Below, one piece after another: positions 9,192 through 19,169 of a stretch of 38,662 bases of DNA. The stretch is taken from IMG/VR virus record IMGVR_UViG_2695420482_000015. One strand, written 5' to 3'. Positions within the stretch are counted from its first letter, which is position 1; each line of letters begins with the position of its first letter. The position numbers and the translations under genes were made by a program. Source of the DNA: a virus (taxonomy: Duplodnaviria; Heunggongvirae; Uroviricota; Caudoviricetes). The notes beneath the pieces are model-generated. The model saw only the letters and a program-made list of their open reading frames with translations, had not been told where the DNA came from and ran no database searches.

Positions 9192-10072
9192 ACACTCCTC
9201 GTCAGTATTCTGGCGGCCATTGCACTTAATCCCGGAGACATGCGGTTGAATGCTGTGCCGGCGGCGTTAAGCTGCCCGGAAACGGTATCCAGAGCACCTG
9301 CAATATTTCTTTTGTCCACACCACTCAGCGCAGACTGTGCCTGCTGTACATACGTGGCTGCTTCGCTGGCTGTTCTGGCCAGACTGATGGCATCGGGCAT
9401 GGATTCAGAGAGTGCGTTAAACGCCGGAACACTTTTCCCCAGAGCCCCGGAGATATTACCCAGTCCGCTCATCAGCCCCGGCACACGGGTCAGTGCGACA
9501 ACGGGGTTATCCTTCATTTTCTGTGTCACCCGAACGGCGCTGATAGTGGTCTGGAGTACAGACTGCGCCTGTTTCGCATAGTTGACGCCGTTGCGGATGA
9601 ACTGCGCCACCCCTGAAGGTGAAGGTATGGCACCGGAGACCGCCCCGACACCCGGGAGCTTCGTGCGTATTGCCGGTGGTTGCAGAGGATTTTTCGGGTC
9701 ACCGGTGTATTCCCGGAGAGACACGGTGGCACTGACAGCCAGCACGTTGCCGGTACTGTCAGTCTGCTCGCTGGTTGCAGTCACATCGGTAATCACGAAC
9801 CAGCCGCGATAGTCACCGTTGCCGAAGACCAGCGCCAGTGCCTGATGGGCTTTCATGGCTGTTCGCAGTCTCGCCAGCTCCACATCGGGTACACAATAAT
9901 GCTGATGGAAAACCAGAGTTATCTGGATTTCGTCCAGCCTGTCGCCGACGAACTGCAGGCCAGGCTTACCCCCGATGCGGGCATGCTCCGCATAATCGAC
10001 GCCGAACGTGGCCTCGAAGCCGTCCCAGTAGGTAATCAGCTCAAACTCAATATCACCCAGTACGGCAAACAT
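9188..10072 (-). CDS. Tail protein, P2 gpU-like N-terminus with C-terminal extension
   Basis: 294 aa; N-terminus MFAVLGDIEFELIT… resembles gpU-family tail proteins; immediately downstream of tape measure. Confidence 0.65.
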   Translation of the reverse strand: MFAVLGDIEFELITYWDGFEATFGVDYAEHARIGGKPGLQFVGDRLDEIQITLVFHQHYCVPDVELARLRTAMKAHQALALVFGNGDYRGWFVITDVTATSEQTDSTGNVLAVSATVSLREYTGDPKNPLQPPAIRTKLPGVGAVSGAIPSPSGVAQFIRNGVNYAKQAQSVLQTTISAVRVTQKMKDNPVVALTRVPGLMSGLGNISGALGKSVPAFNALSESMPDAISLARTASEAATYVQQAQSALSGVDKRNIAGALDTVSGQLNAAGTAFNRMSPGLSAMAARILTRSV

Positions 10073-12762
10073 CAGCGGTACTCCTTACGTTGTTTCTGAG
10101 CCAGCAGACGCTCCAGCATTTTTTCCAGCTCATGCAGACTCATATTCAGGGCACCAGTCAGTCCTGCAGGCGCTGTGGTTTCCCTGCCATTGAGGAAAAA
10201 CTGAGGATTAAAGCTGACCTGGATACCACCAGACGTTCCACCGCTGGTTGCAGCTGCACCACGGCCTGAATATCCGGCAGCCAGGATTTCAGGCGAGGGG
10301 ATACGGGGAACATCCGGTGTCATCTCATTTGCCAGACGTTGCCCTGGTAAAATCGATGCCCGGGTGGAGAGCGGAATAGCGGGCATGGAAGACAAACTAT
10401 TGATTACGGCTCCGATCGCATTTTTAGCAGACGACATAAACCCATTGATATCGGGCAACGGCATACTGAAGCGAACACCTGAAGTGTTATCCCGTATTTC
10501 TGGCCCCTGGATGCTCACGGGCATTCTGGGGAGCAGTTCACTGGCCATTCGCTGCCCGGCCAGAGCTGCAAGCGGAGTGGTCCGCTGCAGGCCAATGGCG
10601 GCCCCCTGCGCGATATTGTCACCAAAGCCCATAAACACGCGGCTCGGCGAATGAATGCCCAGCTTTTCGCTGAACCAGCCACTGATGCTGTCACCCATTC
10701 CGGTTACACTGGATTTGAGCGACTCCCATTTGTTTTTGATACCGTTAATCAGACCATCGACAAGATGGCCACCGAAGTCGGTAAACTTTGCCGGCAGATC
10801 AACACCAAGATATTTCAGCGCAGCTGCAAAGGCTTTATAGAGCAGGCCTGCCGGCGACCAGTTAATCAGTAACTTACCAATTCCCACAATGCCGCCGTTA
10901 AAGGCTTCCTGAATGTCTGCCCAGCGCTGTTTAAACCAGCCACTGACTGCCCCCCAGTTGCGGTAGATAAGGTAAGCTGCTGCCGCGACAGCGGTGATAA
11001 CGAGACCGATGGGATTCATCATCAGCGCACGTCCAATCCAGAGAACAGCACGTCCGGCGAGCATAATTCCGCGAACCAGCCCCTCGGAGAGCACGCCACT
11101 CAGTGTTCTGGCTCCTCTGGCGACGGCGCTAAATCCGGTCACCAGCCAGCGGAGCTTACCGCCTTGCCCCAGTGCGAGCGACAGACGAAGCCAGTTGGCC
11201 CGAAGTAAAACAGCATTTTTCCAGACACTTACAAAGGGGGAAATAAGGAGATTCAGCCCCAGTTTGAGACCAACAGTCGCTATCTTAATCGCAAGGAGCG
11301 CACTGATGAGCTTAAAAGCCCCACTGACAAATTGCGGGTGAGTCGCTACCCAGTGTTTTGCCCCCTGAATGAGTGGAAGCAGTTCCTGAGTCAAAGAAAT
11401 AAAAGATGGAGCTAATTGATCGCCCAGCGTAATTGCCAGATCGCGACTGCTGACCATAAGTGTTTTAGTGGCTTCAAGGGGAGATTTCAGCCGCTGATCA
11501 TAAGCACTGGCAAGCAAATCGTTATCCGCAGCCCTGAGAGCACCGGCACGGATCTCTCGATATCTGTCCATGTTGGCCAGCATCGGGCGGATAAATGCCA
11601 TGACCTGCATATCCGCGAACATATCGCCCAGACCAAAGTTTTTCGCCAGAGCCTGAAGTGCCTCATCTCTTGCCGTATCATTCTTTATTTTCATGGCTGA
11701 TTTGAAGCCGGCCAGCGCTTCGGGGCTTTTGGCATTGAGGTAACGTTCTATAACACTCAACATCCCTTCAATCGGAGAGATCCCCGCAGCTTTATAACTC
11801 GCAATAGATCCCTGCAAATCAATACCCAGATCAGCAAACTGTTTCTGAGTATCGCGGGCAAAAATTTTGGTAAGAAAGTTTTTAAAATTATTGGCTGCTT
11901 CGTCGGTGGAACCTGCACCGATTTTTGCTATCTGGAGACTGGCCCCGATTTCAGCAACAGCCTCTTTTCCACTGGCAATACCCGCCATCATTGGGGCCAG
12001 GGACTGCATCCACTTGACCTGATCCGGGATTTCAAATGACCCCTGGTCACCGGCATAAGCCATAATATTCTGAACGGCACCAAAATCTCTGGCCGCACCT
12101 TTCAGGGAGTTTTGCCAGACTGCGGCCACTTTTGCCCAGTCCTGAGCAGACGTGCGTGTTGCCGTTGCCGCGCGGGCAATATCCGGCATCAGAAAACCGA
12201 TATCTGACACATTATCAATATTGTCGCTGATGAGTGAACCCACCGCCTCCTGCAGCTCATCCTGATACTGATTGTATTTAAGCGCCCAGCCTTTTATCTG
12301 TCCGGCAAGTCCATCCCGCGTTTTATTGTCATATTTTGCGGTGATCGACATATCAATCATTTTGTCCTGAAAAGACATGGACTGCTGAACGGCAGGGGAA
12401 ACCGTATGATAAACAGTCTGTGCCATGCCATACGCTTCAATCCCCTGACCATACAGCGCCATGCGGTTAGCTTTCAGCGCATCACTGGTAGCGGATGCCG
12501 CTGACAGACGGCGCTGCTGGCGCTCAATTTGCTCCATGGTGCGGCTTACCCGCAGCAGCTCGCTGTTGAGATGCTGCATCCGGGAAGAACCCAGTTGACC
12601 ATAACGTTCTGTTGCACGGGTTAAAGCGTTCTGACGTTCCTGCAGGCGGCGTGAGGTATCGCTCAGGGAATCAAGCGCACGGCGGGTACCGCTCATTGCA
12701 GAACGGAATGTGCTACCAATCATCCCGCCGATAACAACGCCGACTGAAAACTGTCCCGACAT
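10072..12762 (-). CDS. Tail tape measure protein
   Basis: 896 aa, helical/coiled-coil rich with hydrophobic central segments; follows the tail chaperone pair. Confidence 0.9.
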   Translation of the reverse strand: MSGQFSVGVVIGGMIGSTFRSAMSGTRRALDSLSDTSRRLQERQNALTRATERYGQLGSSRMQHLNSELLRVSRTMEQIERQQRRLSAASATSDALKANRMALYGQGIEAYGMAQTVYHTVSPAVQQSMSFQDKMIDMSITAKYDNKTRDGLAGQIKGWALKYNQYQDELQEAVGSLISDNIDNVSDIGFLMPDIARAATATRTSAQDWAKVAAVWQNSLKGAARDFGAVQNIMAYAGDQGSFEIPDQVKWMQSLAPMMAGIASGKEAVAEIGASLQIAKIGAGSTDEAANNFKNFLTKIFARDTQKQFADLGIDLQGSIASYKAAGISPIEGMLSVIERYLNAKSPEALAGFKSAMKIKNDTARDEALQALAKNFGLGDMFADMQVMAFIRPMLANMDRYREIRAGALRAADNDLLASAYDQRLKSPLEATKTLMVSSRDLAITLGDQLAPSFISLTQELLPLIQGAKHWVATHPQFVSGAFKLISALLAIKIATVGLKLGLNLLISPFVSVWKNAVLLRANWLRLSLALGQGGKLRWLVTGFSAVARGARTLSGVLSEGLVRGIMLAGRAVLWIGRALMMNPIGLVITAVAAAAYLIYRNWGAVSGWFKQRWADIQEAFNGGIVGIGKLLINWSPAGLLYKAFAAALKYLGVDLPAKFTDFGGHLVDGLINGIKNKWESLKSSVTGMGDSISGWFSEKLGIHSPSRVFMGFGDNIAQGAAIGLQRTTPLAALAGQRMASELLPRMPVSIQGPEIRDNTSGVRFSMPLPDINGFMSSAKNAIGAVINSLSSMPAIPLSTRASILPGQRLANEMTPDVPRIPSPEILAAGYSGRGAAATSGGTSGGIQVSFNPQFFLNGRETTAPAGLTGALNMSLHELEKMLERLLAQKQRKEYR

Positions 12763-12837
12763 AGTGGTTAACCTCCGGGGAAGGTGAAAAGACGTGAGGG
12801 GATAACGCAGAACAGCCGCTACTGGCGGCTGTCTGTA

Positions 12838-13095
12838 CTATGATTTGTCGCCGTACTCGCTTTTTATTTGCTCTTCAGCCTGCTCCAGCCACATCTCCAG
12901 ATCGTCAGTATCGAGGGCATCAATCTCCCCCGGCTGAAACCGGAACCATCTCGCCAGCAGCCCCTGCGCCTGCGTCAGCGCCCTGGTTGCTCTCACCCAT
13001 CCCCGTGATGAGCTGAAATCGTTTCTGTAACTGCAGGTAATCAGCCAGATCCATATTGTCGAGATCTTCCGGGAGAAGACCAGTACTGCGGGCAA
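12838..13095 (-). CDS. Tail assembly chaperone frameshift extension (GT-like C-terminal domain)
   Basis: 85-aa ORF overlapping the chaperone 3' half in the +1 (equivalently -2) frame, with acidic C-terminus ending 75 nt before the tape measure start; matches the conserved chaperone frameshift arrangement. Confidence 0.55.
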   Translation of the reverse strand: MPAVLVFSRKISTIWIWLITCSYRNDFSSSRGWVRATRALTQAQGLLARWFRFQPGEIDALDTDDLEMWLEQAEEQIKSEYGDKS

Positions 13096-13255
13096 TCAGC
13101 GGTTCGTCCCAGTCTGCCGGGTTTTTGCTGATTTTGCGCACCTGCTTCAGGTCTTTTACCGTCAGGCGTTTCAGTTCAACCTGCTCAATTCTGGTGCCTG
13201 CAGCAGTGGTGAAGGGATAAGACAATTTAAAAGTATCGGATGGGGTCTGTGACAT
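12920..13255 (-). CDS. Tail assembly chaperone (G-like), upstream frame
   Basis: 111 aa ORF between tail tube and tape measure; overlaps a second ORF in another frame. Confidence 0.7.
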   Translation of the reverse strand: MSQTPSDTFKLSYPFTTAAGTRIEQVELKRLTVKDLKQVRKISKNPADWDEPLIARSTGLLPEDLDNMDLADYLQLQKRFQLITGMGESNQGADAGAGAAGEMVPVSAGGD

Positions 13256-13314
13256 GATTGTGCTCCTGTGTAAGTTCAGGGCAGTATGTCGGGAGAAGCG
13301 CGTGACGGATATTA

Positions 13315-13346
13315 AAGGAGATTAAGAAGAAGGGGCCGGAGCCCCT
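13315..13346 (-). terminator. Putative intrinsic terminator after the 93-aa gene
   Basis: GC stem aggggc-cgga-gcccct followed on the minus strand by TTCTTCTT, directly after the stop at 13353. Confidence 0.4.
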
Positions 13347-13352
13347 GTGATG

Positions 13353-13634
13353 TCAGCAAGTGCGAAACCCCTTGCAGTTACGCAGGAAAGCGATGAGAAG
13401 CGTCTTTCCCTCAGATTTGCCGGTGCCGGAGAACCAGTGGTCGGGAGGCTCCCATGCTTCAATCAAATCCGCCAGTTTGCGGGCCTTTGAACGTGTGCAG
13501 TCAATCGGGTCATTGGTTTTACGGGTATTAAAAAGGGTTTCCACCCCCGGAATATCAAGGAGGGTAAACCACGTACCATTTGACATGCCCAGTGCCGCAC
13601 ATCGTCCTCCTTTATCCGTCAGTTCAACACTCAC
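13353..13634 (-). CDS. Hypothetical small Cys-containing protein (possible moron) between tail tube and chaperone
   Basis: 93 aa ORF, no recognisable family; followed by a terminator-like hairpin. Confidence 0.45.
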   Translation of the reverse strand: MSVELTDKGGRCAALGMSNGTWFTLLDIPGVETLFNTRKTNDPIDCTRSKARKLADLIEAWEPPDHWFSGTGKSEGKTLLIAFLRNCKGFRTC

Positions 13635-13636
13635 CG

Positions 13637-14158
13637 TCAGCCCCCGATATTGATACGGTAGTCAGTCAGTTGATCAACACCGCCGACCCGGAAGATGTTG
13701 GCCAGATAGTCCAGTTGCAGCAGCTCTTCACCATCCAGTACCTGTCTGATATACGTGCAGGTGAAGCTACTGGAGAACTCGGCGTTCTCGTGCTGTTTGA
13801 ACGTCCCCAGCGGGTTCTTCTTGAACATAATCGTCAGGAAGGTGACCAGCGGGATTTCGTCAATCAGCCCCTGCGAGCTGTAGCGCTGGACGCTGGAACG
13901 ACACTGCAGTGCCAGCGACCTGTACGGGTTCGCGGCAGACAGCATCGCATCGCGGTAAAAGCTGTTCCATTTGATTTCGCCTTCCAGTTTGTCAAAACCA
14001 GCCGGGAGTTCCACCTTACCCACCATCCCCAGCGCCTTGTGTTCCTGCATAATCATGGAGACATCGGGGAGTTTAACTTCCTCAGCCCGTCCCAGCAGGT
14101 TAGTACCATCCAGATAGATGTTGGCATTCGTGATGCGGTTTATCTCAATCTTTGACAT
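13637..14158 (-). CDS. Tail tube protein (Mu M-like)
   Basis: 173 aa; directly downstream of the sheath gene; contractile-tail tube size and sequence. Confidence 0.85.
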   Translation of the reverse strand: MSKIEINRITNANIYLDGTNLLGRAEEVKLPDVSMIMQEHKALGMVGKVELPAGFDKLEGEIKWNSFYRDAMLSAANPYRSLALQCRSSVQRYSSQGLIDEIPLVTFLTIMFKKNPLGTFKQHENAEFSSSFTCTYIRQVLDGEELLQLDYLANIFRVGGVDQLTDYRINIGG

Positions 14159-15585
14159 CAGTTGCCCCCTTTCAGGGTTAACAGGTATTCCGAGGTGATC
14201 TCAGTCTCAAACGTCAGTCGCTCCAGCGGCGGTGGTGGCGTATATTTGTAGCTCAGCAACAGGTGCCCGGCGGCCAGCTCCGTCTCCGGATTGCGGGCCG
14301 GATCAAACCAGCAACGGAAGCCCAGTACCGCACCATCACCAGTCATTTTGCGACCGTAGGCGTTGACCGACTCCGTCAGTGCATCAATCAGCGCCTGAGT
14401 AATCGGCATGTCGATGTACTGCTGGCTGAAATAACGAATGGACTCGTTGATCACATCACCGGTGCGGCGAACGTTCTCAAAGTTACGCATATGGGTGACC
14501 GTTGGCCATGCTGCCGTCCGGTTACCCCACAGACGAAGGCCGCTGCCGTAACTGCTGAATACCGTGGTGATCCCCTGTTCGTTAAGCAGGTTCACCTCAC
14601 TCTGCGGGTCATCAATCATCGCGGACAGCTGGCGCTCCACGCCGGTGATCCCCAGAATCTCCTGATTGGAGGATGACCACCAGTAGCCCTTGTCCAGATC
14701 GACTCTGGCACGCAGACCTGCTGCACGCTGGCTGAGCGGCTCCAGACGCTCTGTGTTTGTCACCGGGTCATATACCTTCACATGCGGATAGCACAGACGG
14801 ACGCGGTCGGAGCTGGTATTGAAGTTGATGGTGCCTTCCGGGCCACGACCTGCCAGAGCCTGTGCAAAGGTGGTACCGACAGGCGCATCAATGTAGGTTA
14901 CCGCGCCCAGCTTCTCTGCCATGGCGATAAGCTCAACTGCGACACTCTTCTGGGTGCAGAACACCGGCGCAATCAGAATTTTGGCGAAATAGCCGTACAG
15001 GTTGAAGCTGTCGTTAAGCAGCTTCATGCCGGTTCGGTTTCCGGCGCTGTTCACCCCGCCGATGATGTCCGCCGCAGTCACCTTCGACGGGTCCGCGTAC
15101 TCATAGCTCACCTTCACGCTGCCACCGGCCTCAATAGCCTTGCCCAGGTTCGTGAGCACACCCGCCTGCGCATCAACACGGTAGTCCGTGTTCGCCGTGT
15201 GGGAGGTGCTGCCTTCACTGTTTTTCACCACCACATTAGCGACAACCGGATGCGCCAGTCTGGCCTGCCCTGTCGATTTGTCAAAGGTAACCACCTCATC
15301 CTCGATCGCCGTTTTATGTTTCGCCGGGTCGAGGACGTTAATGACCAGAACGGTACCTGCACCATGGTCATAAATCGCATCCAGCGCCTGCGGAATGGTA
15401 AAGCCGGTGAACTGGCTGCCAAATGCCGCTGCGTCTTTCTCAGACAGGCACTGTACCAGCGTATTGACATCCCCCATCGGGGCGGTACCAATCAGGCCAA
15501 TAACGGCAGATTTCACCGTTTTAACCGGGCGGGCACCGTTTTCCACCTCAATGGTTTCGGGACCATGCAGATAGTTAGCTGCCAT
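14158..15585 (-). CDS. Tail sheath protein (Mu L-like)
   Basis: 475 aa; sheath-family sequence; synteny. Confidence 0.9.
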   Translation of the reverse strand: MAANYLHGPETIEVENGARPVKTVKSAVIGLIGTAPMGDVNTLVQCLSEKDAAAFGSQFTGFTIPQALDAIYDHGAGTVLVINVLDPAKHKTAIEDEVVTFDKSTGQARLAHPVVANVVVKNSEGSTSHTANTDYRVDAQAGVLTNLGKAIEAGGSVKVSYEYADPSKVTAADIIGGVNSAGNRTGMKLLNDSFNLYGYFAKILIAPVFCTQKSVAVELIAMAEKLGAVTYIDAPVGTTFAQALAGRGPEGTINFNTSSDRVRLCYPHVKVYDPVTNTERLEPLSQRAAGLRARVDLDKGYWWSSSNQEILGITGVERQLSAMIDDPQSEVNLLNEQGITTVFSSYGSGLRLWGNRTAAWPTVTHMRNFENVRRTGDVINESIRYFSQQYIDMPITQALIDALTESVNAYGRKMTGDGAVLGFRCWFDPARNPETELAAGHLLLSYKYTPPPPLERLTFETEITSEYLLTLKGGN

Positions 15586-15829
15586 GGGTGTCCTCCGTTT
15601 TCACTTCGCTGTCACTGCTGCTTCTGCGCTTTGGTGACTGCACAGCCGGTGTGCCGGCGGGTTTAGTCTCTTCAGGTACCGGCGTCAGATGTTTCAGCGC
15701 CACCAGTACCTTCACGTAGTCATGCTCCTCCGGCAGGGAAACCGTCTTCCCCGGCCAGAGCAGGATTTCGGTTCCGTCCGACAGCGTGACGCCGCTGGCC
15801 GGGCCGGAATAGCGGTATTCTTTCATCAC
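15575..15829 (-). CDS. Mu gp38-like small protein
   Basis: 84 aa; conserved position between head-completion genes and sheath. Confidence 0.55.
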   Translation of the reverse strand: MMKEYRYSGPASGVTLSDGTEILLWPGKTVSLPEEHDYVKVLVALKHLTPVPEETKPAGTPAVQSPKRRSSSDSEVKTEDTHGS

Positions 15830-16290
15830 TCGCTTTCCTCATAGTTCACTTCGGTTAACAGCGGGCCGGACGGTAAATCGCTGTCTTCGATAAAGACGCT
15901 TTCAGTCGCGAAGTCGAGGGCGTACTGCCACAGCCCCCTGACTTCACCGATAAACACCTCGCGGGTCAGCCAGATACGGCGGCGGCAGCCGGGCGGGGTG
16001 TGGCCACCGAGAATGCGGCGGACAGCATCCAGGACATTAATCGCCCCTTTTTTACCGTTGAGCTGGCGGAAGACCACCGTGACGCAGAGCTGGATAGTCT
16101 GAGACTGGATCACCGCACCGGTATCATCCGGCCTGTCAAAGCGCGAACCGGCATAGCTCAACAGCAACGCGCCAACCGGATGGTTCAGGCGATATTCAGC
16201 CGGTTTCTCCGGGAAGTACTCCACCTGCAGTTGCGGCAGCTTCTCGCGTAACCGGGCCAGTACCGCATCAAGGACGGGCAGAACGTTCAT
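15826..16290 (-). CDS. Mu gp37-like head-tail connector/completion protein
   Basis: 154 aa; synteny with Mu gp36-38 block. Confidence 0.6.
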   Translation of the reverse strand: MNVLPVLDAVLARLREKLPQLQVEYFPEKPAEYRLNHPVGALLLSYAGSRFDRPDDTGAVIQSQTIQLCVTVVFRQLNGKKGAINVLDAVRRILGGHTPPGCRRRIWLTREVFIGEVRGLWQYALDFATESVFIEDSDLPSGPLLTEVNYEESE

Positions 16291-16736
16291 CAGTATTTCT
16301 CCAGTAAACCGTCACGACCGCCGAAAGTGGCCGGGCGACTGCGTACACGAAACTCGCCAGGCTCAGGCACATCTTTCTGAGTGGACGGCAGCCCCAGCGT
16401 GAGCCTGTTATCACGTAACTCCCTGAGTTGCCGCAGCGCTTCTTTGTGGTCATCCTTTACCGTATCCGGGAGGTCACCTTCCGGGCGGCGGGCGTAGAGC
16501 CGGTAACGGACCAGCGTGATGGCAATGTCCCGCAGAACAGTCGGTATCTCTGCCAGTGGCAGGATATAGCGTCCGCGCAGATGGGCATCAATCAGCTCGT
16601 CGGCATAGCGGATACAGCTGTCCACCACACGGGTATTCACTGTTGCAGGCGAGTCGAAGTCCATCTCTTCACTGGTGAGCTCGATAAGCGTCCGCTCCGG
16701 CACCTGCGCAAGCAAATCCTCCAGGGTGCAGTACAT
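16290..16736 (-). CDS. Mu gp36-like protein
   Basis: Start chosen at internal Met (MYCTLEDLL…) to abut the upstream gene; 148 aa. Confidence 0.6.
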   Translation of the reverse strand: MYCTLEDLLAQVPERTLIELTSEEMDFDSPATVNTRVVDSCIRYADELIDAHLRGRYILPLAEIPTVLRDIAITLVRYRLYARRPEGDLPDTVKDDHKEALRQLRELRDNRLTLGLPSTQKDVPEPGEFRVRSRPATFGGRDGLLEKY

Positions 16737-16737
16737 G

Positions 16738-17076
16738 TCACACCCCGCGCAGGATACGAATGACGTCGCCTTCACCCCCGGCTTCATCAAGTGCAATACC
16801 ACAGGATTTACCGTCGCCGGACTGCGGCACGGCTCTGGCCTGAGCATCTGACTGAACAGCCACACCACGGCTGACAGCGGCCCCGGCCTCGACAGCAATA
16901 ATGCCCAGAACGCTCACCGGCGTGCTGTCGCCGGTAACAGCATCCACTTCGGCAACCCCGAGCGCTGCGGCACCGGCTTTACAGGGGGTATTATCTGCCC
17001 CGACAAAACGCTGCTGTGCCAGTGCTGCCCCTGCCGTTACGGTTGTGATCAGAATGACCTGCTGAGTGGTTCCCAT
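16738..17076 (-). CDS. Small Gly/Ala-rich head-associated protein (Mu gp35 position)
   Basis: 112 aa ORF right after the major head gene. Confidence 0.5.
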   Translation of the reverse strand: MGTTQQVILITTVTAGAALAQQRFVGADNTPCKAGAAALGVAEVDAVTGDSTPVSVLGIIAVEAGAAVSRGVAVQSDAQARAVPQSGDGKSCGIALDEAGGEGDVIRILRGV

Positions 17077-17085
17077 AACGCCTCC

Positions 17086-18039
17086 TTATTTACTGATACC
17101 GGTAATGAGATACCCGGCATCGCCACCAACCACGGCGACTTTGTAGATATCGGTATAACGGCAGTACTTCACCTTGCCACCGGCTCCGTCGTATTTGTCG
17201 GCAACAGGCATCCCCTTACGACGCAGGGTGTAGCCGAAGGACGGCTCGTTCTCGTCCGCGCTGTCCGCCCCCGGCTGCGGTTTGCCGACATAGTGCAGCA
17301 TCAGATTGTCTCCCCAGATATCCGCCGGCACGCTGTTCTTATCCATTGCCGCTTTCATGGACGGCAGGGAGACTGGGGCACCGATGACGATCTCTTCGAT
17401 CTGAAAGAGGTCCTGCAGGATTTCTGTGGTGATGCGCTTGCGTTCGTTGGCTCCGATGGCGGCCTGAATCGCCGGGTGGAACTTCAGCAGCGCCATCACG
17501 CCGGCCCCCATGGTCATCAGGTTAGGACGCAGCCCCGTGGCCGTACGGACCGCTTCCATACCGGCTTCAATCACCCCGATGGGGTCCCCCTTACCACCGG
17601 CCCAGCGATCACTGGCTGTCAGTTTTTTGACGTGCCCGGTACGGTAGACCTTTTCATCCTGAGCCAGACGGGCAGCGATAAGTTCACGGCGCAGGTTCAC
17701 GCCATTCGTGGCGCGACGGATGGCCTTGCTCTCTTCGTTAAACATGGACTCCGCCTGCTCGCGATAGTCCACCGGCGCAGCCAGATCGTGTTCACCCAGC
17801 ACCAGGTCCAGCGTGCCTGTTTTTTCACGGACCAGAACATTGCTGTCCGCCCCGACGGCACGCTCGGTGTCATATTCCACAAAGGCGGTTTTCCCGAAGG
17901 TCGGTACACGCACGCCTTCCTTGTCCGTCAGCACGACGGGGAAAATACGTTCGCCGATGAATGCGGCATTTTTATAGCCACGGGCGATACTGGTCAGTAC
18001 CGGATCAACGACACGTTTACCTTTTAAGTAATCAGACAT
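17086..18039 (-). CDS. Major head subunit (Mu T-like)
   Basis: 317 aa; Mu-type major capsid sequence; follows protease/scaffold gene. Confidence 0.9.
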   Translation of the reverse strand: MSDYLKGKRVVDPVLTSIARGYKNAAFIGERIFPVVLTDKEGVRVPTFGKTAFVEYDTERAVGADSNVLVREKTGTLDLVLGEHDLAAPVDYREQAESMFNEESKAIRRATNGVNLRRELIAARLAQDEKVYRTGHVKKLTASDRWAGGKGDPIGVIEAGMEAVRTATGLRPNLMTMGAGVMALLKFHPAIQAAIGANERKRITTEILQDLFQIEEIVIGAPVSLPSMKAAMDKNSVPADIWGDNLMLHYVGKPQPGADSADENEPSFGYTLRRKGMPVADKYDGAGGKVKYCRYTDIYKVAVVGGDAGYLITGISK

Positions 18040-18053
18040 GCTCTCTCCTTAAA

Positions 18054-19169
18054 TTACAGGCAGCGTGCGACAGCAGCCTCATAGCTGATGCCTTCTTTTT
18101 TGGACAGGGCCACTGCTTTCTGATGCAGGGCCAGACGCTCAGGATCGGCTTCCGCAAACTCTGCCACATCCACCTTCACCGTGTCGCCGACACGCTCTTT
18201 TGTGGCCTGTTCGGCGAAATTCATCACCGGCTCCCCGTCGGAGAGCAATGAACGAAAGGCGGTGGCCAGCGGTGTGCGGCTTTCCCCCTCAGCAAACTCC
18301 ACCGGCTTGTCGCCACCGGCGACGGCATCCAGCAGGGCAACCACCACGGAGGATGCGCGGGGAGCCAGACGGCCCTCTGCGACCAGTTTTTCTGCAAAGG
18401 CCACATTGTCCTTATGCAGTTGCTCCTGTCTGACCTGTGCATCACGCGCATCGCGATCAGCAGCCTGCTGCTTCAGGCGGCGGTTCTCCTCCTGAAGGGC
18501 TTCAATCTCTTCTTTTGTCATCGATGATTCCTCGTTACTTGCGGAAGACGGCACCTGGCCTGTCTCACTGAATTGCGCACCTGCTGCATCCTGCGACGGT
18601 GTGTCGCGGTACGCCTCTTCGCGCAGATTGTTGAGCTGCCATTCCGGCAGGACTTTTTCTGCTTCGTCCAGACTGAAGCGGGCGATCAGAAAATCGCGCA
18701 GCTTTCCCCACAGGGAGGCATTCGTGATGGCCTGCCAGTCGGCGAACTCCACCACACCTTCTTCCTGCTCACTGAAGGACACCTGTTTCAGCCCCTTGAC
18801 GGAAGGTGGCTGTGCCCCGAGAAAGCCCACATGGCGCAGGTAGAGCACGCCGGGCTTCGGATTGGACGGTGAATCCGGGAGGTAGAAAGAGGCGGACACT
18901 TTTTTGAATCGTCCGTCGGTGACCATCTCAGCAAACTGCGGGTCCAGCTGGGCAGGCTCTGCCATCAGATCGACGCCGCTGAGCGACAGGGCTTTCACCC
19001 AGCCCCACGCCGGGTCTTCCGTTCTGGGATGACCAATCACGAGTGGTGCTTCATGGACGGACGGGTCATAGGCTTTCACGCAGGCGGCAAGATCGTCTGG
19101 CGTGAACGGCAGTTTTTTGCCGTGCATATCGGTATGAGTACCGGCTTTAAAAATGTGAATGGCTGACAT
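18054..19169 (-). CDS. Head protease/scaffold protein (Mu I-like)
   Basis: 371 aa; N-terminal protease-like region and acidic coiled-coil scaffold-like C-terminus. Confidence 0.85.
   Translation of the reverse strand: MSAIHIFKAGTHTDMHGKKLPFTPDDLAACVKAYDPSVHEAPLVIGHPRTEDPAWGWVKALSLSGVDLMAEPAQLDPQFAEMVTDGRFKKVSASFYLPDSPSNPKPGVLYLRHVGFLGAQPPSVKGLKQVSFSEQEEGVVEFADWQAITNASLWGKLRDFLIARFSLDEAEKVLPEWQLNNLREEAYRDTPSQDAAGAQFSETGQVPSSASNEESSMTKEEIEALQEENRRLKQQAADRDARDAQVRQEQLHKDNVAFAEKLVAEGRLAPRASSVVVALLDAVAGGDKPVEFAEGESRTPLATAFRSLLSDGEPVMNFAEQATKERVGDTVKVDVAEFAEADPERLALHQKAVALSKKEGISYEAAVARCL

Noticed and set aside
14782-15666. 294-aa plus-strand ORF
   Set aside because: Antisense to the tail sheath gene; shadow ORF with Arg/His-rich composition.
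17293-18027. 244-aa plus-strand ORF
   Set aside because: Antisense to the major head gene; no independent support.
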